From IMG/VR virus record IMGVR_UViG_3300025382_000006: a DNA stretch of 64,000 nt. One strand, given 5' to 3'. The stretch is from an uncultured virus (IMG/VR IMGVR_UViG_3300025382_000006). Taxonomy: Duplodnaviria > Heunggongvirae > Uroviricota > Caudoviricetes. The notes beneath the pieces were generated by a model. The model was given only the letters and a program-made list of their open reading frames with translations. It did no database searches and was not told the DNA's origin. Shown here in pieces: positions 57,492-64,000 of the stretch; the stretch's first letter is position 1; the number at the start of each line of letters is the position of its first letter. Made by a program: the position numbers and the translations under genes.

Positions 57492-58613
57492 ATGGCAAAA
57501 TTTACAGACCTTCCAAGTCTTGGACAATCGCTAACTGGCTCAGAAATCGCCGCAATAGTCGCCAACGTCTCAAGCACACTTACAACAGTACAACTTCCAT
57601 TAAGTACAATTAAAACATTTGTTCTTAACGGAACATCTACTACAGCCAGCAACTTGGCCAGCGGTGGTGCAAATCAGTTGGCCTATCAAACAGCCGCAAG
57701 TACTACTGGATTTGTTGCCGCTCCAGTTACAACAGGCACTGCGTTGATTTGGAATGGAACTAGTTTAACCTGGGGTAGTCCCAATGCAACCGCAACTACA
57801 CTAACGGGTTTACTAAAAGGTAATGGCACAGTTATTAGTGCGGCAACTAGCGGAACAGATTATGCTCCTGGTACCAGTGCGCTAGCTACTGGTATTGTTA
57901 AGAGCACAACTACTACCGGAGCACTGACAATTGCGGTTGCAGGTACTGACTATCAATCACCTATTGGAACTATCAGTGGCATGGTAAAGGGTAATGGGGC
58001 AAATGCGCTCACTGCCGCGGTTGCCGGTACTGACTATGTTAGTCCAGGCGGATTGACGACCGCATTGACATCCTATGTGACATCAAGTACCTTGACCAGC
58101 ACACTGACATCCTATGTGACATCAAGTACCTTGACCAGCACACTGACTTCGTATGCCACAACTTCATCACTAAGCAGTTATCTAACAACTAGCACAGCCA
58201 GTACAACTTATGCGCCATTGTCCGGTCCAACATTTACAGGGTCTGTAATAGGATTTGCCGCAACAGCTACTACGTCTAGTACAGCTTCCAGTATTGGTTA
58301 TTTAGGCATGCCTCAAAATAGTGTTTCTAGTGCATACCCTATTGTTATAGGCGACGCTGGAAAACATATCTATGTAACAGCAACATGCACTGTAACTATT
58401 CCTGCCAATAGTAGTGTAGCATTTCCTATTGGGACAACTATTGCATTTATTGCGGCAGCAGGAGCAACAGTCACTATTGCTATAACAACTGACACCATGT
58501 ATTTAGGTGGTACTGGTACAACAGGAAGCCGAACACTGGCCGCATATGGTATGGCCACTGCGGTTAAAGTTACCAGTACAAGCTGGTTTATAAACGGAAC
58601 AGGATTAACATAA
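57492..58613 (+). CDS. Thr-rich fibre protein
   Basis: AVAGTDY repeats; C-terminal TVTIPANSSVAFPIGT domain. Confidence 0.65.
   Translation: MAKFTDLPSLGQSLTGSEIAAIVANVSSTLTTVQLPLSTIKTFVLNGTSTTASNLASGGANQLAYQTAASTTGFVAAPVTTGTALIWNGTSLTWGSPNATATTLTGLLKGNGTVISAATSGTDYAPGTSALATGIVKSTTTTGALTIAVAGTDYQSPIGTISGMVKGNGANALTAAVAGTDYVSPGGLTTALTSYVTSSTLTSTLTSYVTSSTLTSTLTSYATTSSLSSYLTTSTASTTYAPLSGPTFTGSVIGFAATATTSSTASSIGYLGMPQNSVSSAYPIVIGDAGKHIYVTATCTVTIPANSSVAFPIGTTIAFIAAAGATVTIAITTDTMYLGGTGTTGSRTLAAYGMATAVKVTSTSWFINGTGLT
58066..58147 (+). repeat. Perfect 39-bp tandem duplication
   Basis: TGACATCCTATGTGACATCAAGTACCTTGACCAGCACAC twice, plus a partial copy. Confidence 0.9.
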
Positions 58614-60628
58614 TGACTGGTATAATAATGCACAACATGAGCCACAAGGCTGGCCCGACTCCTGTTACTTTGGTCTTTAATTTAGATGCGGCAAACTATT
58701 CTGCTGTGCCTACAAATGCGTCAACTGACGCAACTGGCAATTTTACATTGACCGTTAGCAATACCAATGGTAGAATAAGTTGGAACAGCGCCAACAGCGG
58801 TGTGTTTAGAAGCACTTATATAGGCGACGCCATGGGCGACTATATTGCCGGTGGGCCAAACTATGGCGCAGGTAGCCAGAGTTATACAGTATTTGTGGCA
58901 TATAAGTTGGCCACGTCAAGTTCAGGACGTTTAATCAATACCAATAATGAAACCCTTGGCGATTTTGTCATGGCTGGCTATAATGGTAAACCCAAAGTGT
59001 ATTACAGCAATGGTGTCACCATTAACTTGAGTGGAGAAACAGCAGATACTGTATGGCATTTGGACTGGGCAGTGTATGACAACACATCAGGTGTGGGCAA
59101 AATCTATTCAGCAACAAACAGTCAACCTTTGAGCTCTGCCTACTCAGTAACCAATAGTTCCATTAGAGGACCCAATCAATTGAGATTGTTCAACAGAGCA
59201 AGCGGTACAGAAGCCGCACCCGCAGACATTGGTGTTATCAAGGTATGGAATGGTGCGCTGACCCTGGCACAGATACAAACTGAGTGGGCCGCCTACTACG
59301 CAAGATACTATTCTGCTAATCCCAGCAGTCAATATTATTTTGCCATATGTAATTTTGGTGTCAACACCGGAGCTGGACTTGGGTTTGACATACAGACCAC
59401 CACCGCCTACACAGTACCGAGCGGATTTACATTTGTTAGCAATGCCACGTTTGATCCAGCACATAATGGTACTGGTAATACACTGAGTAACGGTAATTTG
59501 TCAATGAGAGCATTAACCGGTAATAATACCACTACAACTACCTATGCTATCGGTGTGAACGACAAAGTCATGATGAGTTTTAAGTATGTCTATACTGCTG
59601 TGTGGCCTGCGGCGGACAACGGAATCGTTGGAATTGCTAAACAATCGATCGTTACATCTACAGGGCAATGGCCTGGCAGCTTGGGCAACATTCCAGCCAC
59701 GTATGCGGCTGGTATATATGACGACGGCCGCACCATAATCACATCGTCGGCTGGTACAGCTGAAGATTTTAATGCTGGTACACGAAAAGCTAGAATATAT
59801 AATCCCAACGACATCATTGATGTGGCAGTAGATGCGGCCAACAACAAAATGTGGTTTAGAATCAACGGAAATCCTTGGATGGCCCTGTATTCTGCTCCTA
59901 CAACAGATGTAGGTGCAAATCCTGCAACCAATACTGGCGGATTTGACATTACCAACATAAACATACAAAATCTTGGCAAGTATATGTTGAGTACAACTGG
60001 AACTCAATATTTTAATATCAATCCCACACCGGTCAGCACTACATGCACCATAGAAGGTTGGTTCTACTGTAATGCCGCCAATTTAACAACCTATGTTCAG
60101 GGTTTATTTGACTGGATTGGATCAAATGCAGAATTCAGTGCTTATTTTAATACACTTGGAGCCTTGCATTTTGCCAACTCGGGAGGTACAGTCAATGTCA
60201 CAGCCGCAACTGGCACAGGATACACACCCGCTGTCAATACTTGGATGCACTATGCTTTCACTTGGAACAGCACCAGCTCCAGTAGTACAACATATACTGC
60301 TTATATGAATGGATATTGTATAGGTACAGCTACAGGCTCTGCAAGCCACGACGGTTCAAGCAATCCGCTCAACAGTGTGATGCACGTGGCCTACAACGGC
60401 TCTGGTAGTTGGAGAGGATATATAAGAGATTTTAGAATCAGCAACAACTTGCGATATACTGGCAGCACCGTAGGTACAAACTACTTTACACCAGCTACTA
60501 GAGGCACTATACAAACTGACAGCAACACCTTAGCCTTGTTTAGTTTGCCAGACAGCACACTGGCTGATAGTTCTAGCAACAATTTGACTATTACAAATAC
60601 TGGAGTAACTACAACTACAGGTACTTAA
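58613..60628 (+). CDS. Multi-lectin adhesin (LamG/ConA-like and SPRY-like domains)
   Basis: LVFNLDA...WNGALT; DIIDVAVDAANNKMWF; TIEGWFY...WMHYAF...GYIRDFRIS. Confidence 0.7.
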   Translation: MTGIIMHNMSHKAGPTPVTLVFNLDAANYSAVPTNASTDATGNFTLTVSNTNGRISWNSANSGVFRSTYIGDAMGDYIAGGPNYGAGSQSYTVFVAYKLATSSSGRLINTNNETLGDFVMAGYNGKPKVYYSNGVTINLSGETADTVWHLDWAVYDNTSGVGKIYSATNSQPLSSAYSVTNSSIRGPNQLRLFNRASGTEAAPADIGVIKVWNGALTLAQIQTEWAAYYARYYSANPSSQYYFAICNFGVNTGAGLGFDIQTTTAYTVPSGFTFVSNATFDPAHNGTGNTLSNGNLSMRALTGNNTTTTTYAIGVNDKVMMSFKYVYTAVWPAADNGIVGIAKQSIVTSTGQWPGSLGNIPATYAAGIYDDGRTIITSSAGTAEDFNAGTRKARIYNPNDIIDVAVDAANNKMWFRINGNPWMALYSAPTTDVGANPATNTGGFDITNINIQNLGKYMLSTTGTQYFNINPTPVSTTCTIEGWFYCNAANLTTYVQGLFDWIGSNAEFSAYFNTLGALHFANSGGTVNVTAATGTGYTPAVNTWMHYAFTWNSTSSSSTTYTAYMNGYCIGTATGSASHDGSSNPLNSVMHVAYNGSGSWRGYIRDFRISNNLRYTGSTVGTNYFTPATRGTIQTDSNTLALFSLPDSTLADSSSNNLTITNTGVTTTTGT

Positions 60629-60655
60629 TAATTACCAAAATACAATAAATACACT

Positions 60656-62764
60656 ATGCCATCCTACACCACACTTTCGCAATTATCCACAACCAGCACA
60701 TTAGCAGATGCTAATTTGACCTTGGTTACTGCCACAGTTGGCAGTACTCCAACCAGCCAAAACACCACTTTGCTCACGCTGAAGAACTATGTGTTGGCAG
60801 GAACGGCAGCCACCTCCACAAAACTTTACACACCCCGTACAATCAACGGTGTACAGTTTGATGGTAGTCAGAATATTACAATTCCTTTTGATATTTCAAC
60901 AGGAAATGCGGCCACAGCAACTAAGCTGTACACAGCCCGTACAATTAATGGTGTTAGTTTCGATGGTAGTGCAAACATTACTATTCCTATCACAAGTCTG
61001 GCGTTCAGCAATATTACCGCTTTACCAACAACTGTTAGCGGATATGGTATTACAGATGCTGTCAGTCTAACTGGCACACAAACGCTAACTAACAAAACAT
61101 TAACGGCACCAAATATTAGCACGATTACTAATACTGGTACATTAACATTGCCAACCAGTGCAGATACACTGGTAGGTCGTGCAACTACTGATACACTAAC
61201 TAACAAGACTATCAGCGGTGGTGCCAACACAATTACAAACATTGCCAACTCATCATTGACAAATAGTTCAATAACAATTAATGGTACAACAGCAAGTCTA
61301 GGCGGCACATACACTATTGGTGCTAATTTGGCCAACGTGTTAACCATTGGTAATGGTATTTTGGCAACTGGTGCAACTACCTACAATGGTAGTGTAGCAG
61401 TTACTATTGATTTGAAACAAGCAACCGACACTCAGCTAGGCGGCGTAATTATTCCGCTAGTAGCAACCAGCGGTATAGTCAACAGTACTGGAACTATAAG
61501 TCTTGCTATTGCTAGTACTACACAGTTAGGCGGAGTCAAAGTAGACGGTACCAGTACAACTGTAACCAATAGTATTATTTCAGCTAACGCAAGCGGTCTA
61601 GCTGGTACAACATTAAAATCAACAGTAGTTAGTTCAAGTTTAACCAGTGTAGGCACATTAACAAGCCTAGCAGTTGGCGGAGATGTAACGACTACACAAA
61701 CTACACAAAATTTATTCAACGCAACTGCAACAACAATTAATTTTGGCGGTGCCGCAACGAATCTTAATATTGGTACCAGTGGCGGTACAACAACAATCAC
61801 TGGACATGTGTCACTAGAAGGAGTTACATCTACTGGTGCAACAGGAACAGGTTCTGTAGTATTTGCAACTAGCCCGACATTAACTTCTCCAGTAGTTAGT
61901 ACAAGTCTAACAACTGCTAGTACATCTTTCAACTTACTAAACACAACAGCTACCACAGTTAATTTTGCTGGCGCAGGAACAACAGTAAGTATTGGCGCAT
62001 CAACAGGCACAACTACAGTCAATAATGGTTTAACAGTAACTGGCACAACTACTCTCAGCGGTTCTACACAAATAAACGGTAATACTACCTATGCATCTAG
62101 CGTACAGATAGCAGGCGATTTTGATAATGCCACAGTGAACAGCCGCACAGTGTTCACAACTAAAACAACTAATGCTAATCCAGGTATATATGTTGTACCA
62201 AACGGCACAGCAACAGCGGCTTCATGGCAAGCGGCAAACAGCAGTAGTTTAACCAATGCTAGTAAGATCTTAATTGCTACAAATGGTACAACTGATGTAC
62301 AACTAGTTTCAGGTGTTAACGGTACAGGAACATATTTACCATTGAGTTTTTATAATGGTGGCAGTCAACAGATGCAGTTGAGTACAACTGGTGTTTTAAG
62401 TTTTACCAATCCAACTTTAACAACTGCAAGCACTGGTACTGTTAGTCTATTCAATACTAATGCTACAACTATAAATGCTTATGGAGCTGCCACAACAATT
62501 AATGAAGGTGCGGCAGGTGTTACATATTATGTTGGACAAAGCACTGGCAACAGTACATTTAGTGTACTAGGCAACGGTGCCAGCGGCTCGGCAACAATTA
62601 CAACCAACGTAACTAGCGGTACAGTTAACTTGTTTGCTGGTGTAACTGGTACGATGACAGTTGGATCCAGCACTGGCACTACTAATTTCCCAGGAACACT
62701 AAAACAAAACGGAGTAGTAGTACCTAACTTGACTACCATGTTAGCCTATCAACTAGCACTCTAA
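60656..62764 (+). CDS. Tail fibre protein
   Basis: TKLYTxRTINGVxFDGSxNITI twice; TQTLTNKT; QLGGVK repeats. Confidence 0.75.
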   Translation: MPSYTTLSQLSTTSTLADANLTLVTATVGSTPTSQNTTLLTLKNYVLAGTAATSTKLYTPRTINGVQFDGSQNITIPFDISTGNAATATKLYTARTINGVSFDGSANITIPITSLAFSNITALPTTVSGYGITDAVSLTGTQTLTNKTLTAPNISTITNTGTLTLPTSADTLVGRATTDTLTNKTISGGANTITNIANSSLTNSSITINGTTASLGGTYTIGANLANVLTIGNGILATGATTYNGSVAVTIDLKQATDTQLGGVIIPLVATSGIVNSTGTISLAIASTTQLGGVKVDGTSTTVTNSIISANASGLAGTTLKSTVVSSSLTSVGTLTSLAVGGDVTTTQTTQNLFNATATTINFGGAATNLNIGTSGGTTTITGHVSLEGVTSTGATGTGSVVFATSPTLTSPVVSTSLTTASTSFNLLNTTATTVNFAGAGTTVSIGASTGTTTVNNGLTVTGTTTLSGSTQINGNTTYASSVQIAGDFDNATVNSRTVFTTKTTNANPGIYVVPNGTATAASWQAANSSSLTNASKILIATNGTTDVQLVSGVNGTGTYLPLSFYNGGSQQMQLSTTGVLSFTNPTLTTASTGTVSLFNTNATTINAYGAATTINEGAAGVTYYVGQSTGNSTFSVLGNGASGSATITTNVTSGTVNLFAGVTGTMTVGSSTGTTNFPGTLKQNGVVVPNLTTMLAYQLAL

Positions 62765-62772
62765 GGACAACT

Positions 62773-63222
62773 ATGAAACAATTATTACCATTTCAACCAA
62801 TTTTAACTCCAGGTGCCGCAGGCGTAGGTACACTGGATTTCAGTGCTTACCCAGGCATTTTTAACATCGACAAACTTTATGCAGTAATGGATGTTACAGG
62901 AAATACACCGCTTTATATTGCAGGTGCTCCAGGATTAGGTATTACCAATATCAACGGTAGTGTAATTACACTGGCTGTTAGTACAGCATCTCTAAATGCA
63001 AGTGATAAAATCAACGTTTATTATGACACAGCGCCAGGTTATGAGTCTAACAACGTTGCAGAATACGGTGGACAAATACAAAAAATGCAAGAAACTATGG
63101 ATCAAGTCTTGCAAGAATTGCGTGTAATGAACATTATTTTGGCTCAAGGGCTAAATATTAATGACGATATCGACGGGTTACGCAATGACGTGCAGACCGT
63201 CAACAATAACCCGATCAATTAA
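62773..63222 (+). CDS. Virion protein resembling the N-terminus of 44803
   Basis: IDKLYAVMDVTGNTPLY versus RERLILITDVTNNTVLY; C-terminal coiled coil. Confidence 0.55.
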   Translation: MKQLLPFQPILTPGAAGVGTLDFSAYPGIFNIDKLYAVMDVTGNTPLYIAGAPGLGITNINGSVITLAVSTASLNASDKINVYYDTAPGYESNNVAEYGGQIQKMQETMDQVLQELRVMNIILAQGLNINDDIDGLRNDVQTVNNNPIN

Positions 63223-63234
63223 GGAGATTTATAA

Positions 63235-63867
63235 ATGTTAATTCAAGGACAAGTCGGCGCACCAGCAGGTTCTAACCAACCAGGCGCTACCCCAGCAATC
63301 CGTCAAGGACAATTAGGCGATTTAGTAGTTAGCGAACTACACGGTCGTTATTACGAAACAACTTACCGTCGTAACGTGTTTGTTGCAAATACAGCCGCAC
63401 AAACAGCTTCAAACGGTATTATTGCACTAGGTTCAGCTTACACAGGTTTGGCATTATTCAACCCATTAGCAAGCTCAGTTAACTTGGTTATCAATAAAGT
63501 AGGTTTTGCATTCGTTGTTGCTCCAACTGCTACACTATATGGTCTAGCAACTGGTGTTACAACACAACCTCCATCAAGCACAACACTAGCTACTACACGT
63601 AACGCTTTTGTAAACGGCCAAAACGCACAAGGTCAAGGTATTGCTTACTCTGTAGCAACTTTTGGTACAGCGGCTAGCACAGGTGGTACAACTCCAGTAG
63701 TTCACACTATTGTTGGTGCGCAGGCAGCTTCAGTTGGTGGTGCATACTATGATTTGGAAGGTTCATTGATTCTTCCACCAGGTGCATACGCAGAATTTTA
63801 CCTAAGTGCCGCTTCAGGTTCATCAGGTACAGCTTATTCAGTACAGTGGGAAGAAGTTCCAGTATAA
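63235..63867 (+). CDS. Hypothetical structural protein
   Basis: 210 aa; strong SD AAGGAG. Confidence 0.65.
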   Translation: MLIQGQVGAPAGSNQPGATPAIRQGQLGDLVVSELHGRYYETTYRRNVFVANTAAQTASNGIIALGSAYTGLALFNPLASSVNLVINKVGFAFVVAPTATLYGLATGVTTQPPSSTTLATTRNAFVNGQNAQGQGIAYSVATFGTAASTGGTTPVVHTIVGAQAASVGGAYYDLEGSLILPPGAYAEFYLSAASGSSGTAYSVQWEEVPV

Positions 63868-63883
63868 TTGAGTAATTAATTAA

Positions 63884-63912
63884 TTGACCCCGTAATAAAA
63901 GTGTTATATACT
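63884..63912 (+). promoter_or_regulatory. Sigma70-type promoter
   Basis: TTGACC (63884-63889), 17-nt spacer, TATACT (63907-63912). Confidence 0.75.
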
Positions 63913-63935
63913 AGCACTACATTACGGGGTTTCTT

Positions 63936-64000
63936 ATGATTATAGGTGTATGCGGATTTATTGGTTCTGGCAAAGACACTATTGCCGATTATTTGACTAA
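63936..64000 (+). CDS. Deoxynucleoside monophosphate kinase (T4 gp1-like), truncated by window end
   Basis: MIIGVCGFIGSGKDTIADYLT, N-terminal P-loop. Confidence 0.8.
   Translation, partial: MIIGVCGFIGSGKDTIADYLT

Noticed and set aside
58066..58147. CRISPR array
   Set aside because: The repeats are contiguous, in frame and have no spacers.
732..62739. Many short antisense or alternate-frame ORFs in the track (e.g. 1196, 10957, 17268, 59513, 61432)
   Set aside because: They are fully nested in confident genes and are expected shadows of biased codon use; no motifs recognised.
1..64000. Stop-codon reassignment as in some large phages
   Set aside because: Genes are intact and densely packed in code 11; TAA, TGA and TAG all end genes.

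Overview
This window is 64 kb of a large T4-superfamily (myovirus-like) dsDNA phage genome, read in standard code 11. From left to right it holds: a minus-strand baseplate cluster (gp25, gp5-like, hub, gp53-like, tube initiator); a sigma70-driven gp55/gp47/gp46/GIY-YIG operon, with gp47 split by a +1 frameshift; a ~430-nt densely structured non-coding element; a gp26-like chaperone gene with a textbook -1 programmed-frameshift cassette; a head module (portal, core, protease, scaffold, major capsid); ~30 kb of modular fibre/adhesin genes including three RCC1-propeller paralogues; Nudix and gp15/gp14/gp13 neck genes; more fibre genes; and the start of a dNMP kinase. TAAATA late promoters punctuate the structural genes, and several appear to produce leaderless mRNAs. 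The best candidates for new biology are the minimal GIY-YIG nuclease paired with a large pseudoknotted RNA, the G/GT-like frameshift, and two pseudoknotted 5' leaders. All family calls come from motif recognition and gene order, and all RNA structures were paired by eye. No searches or folding programs were run.
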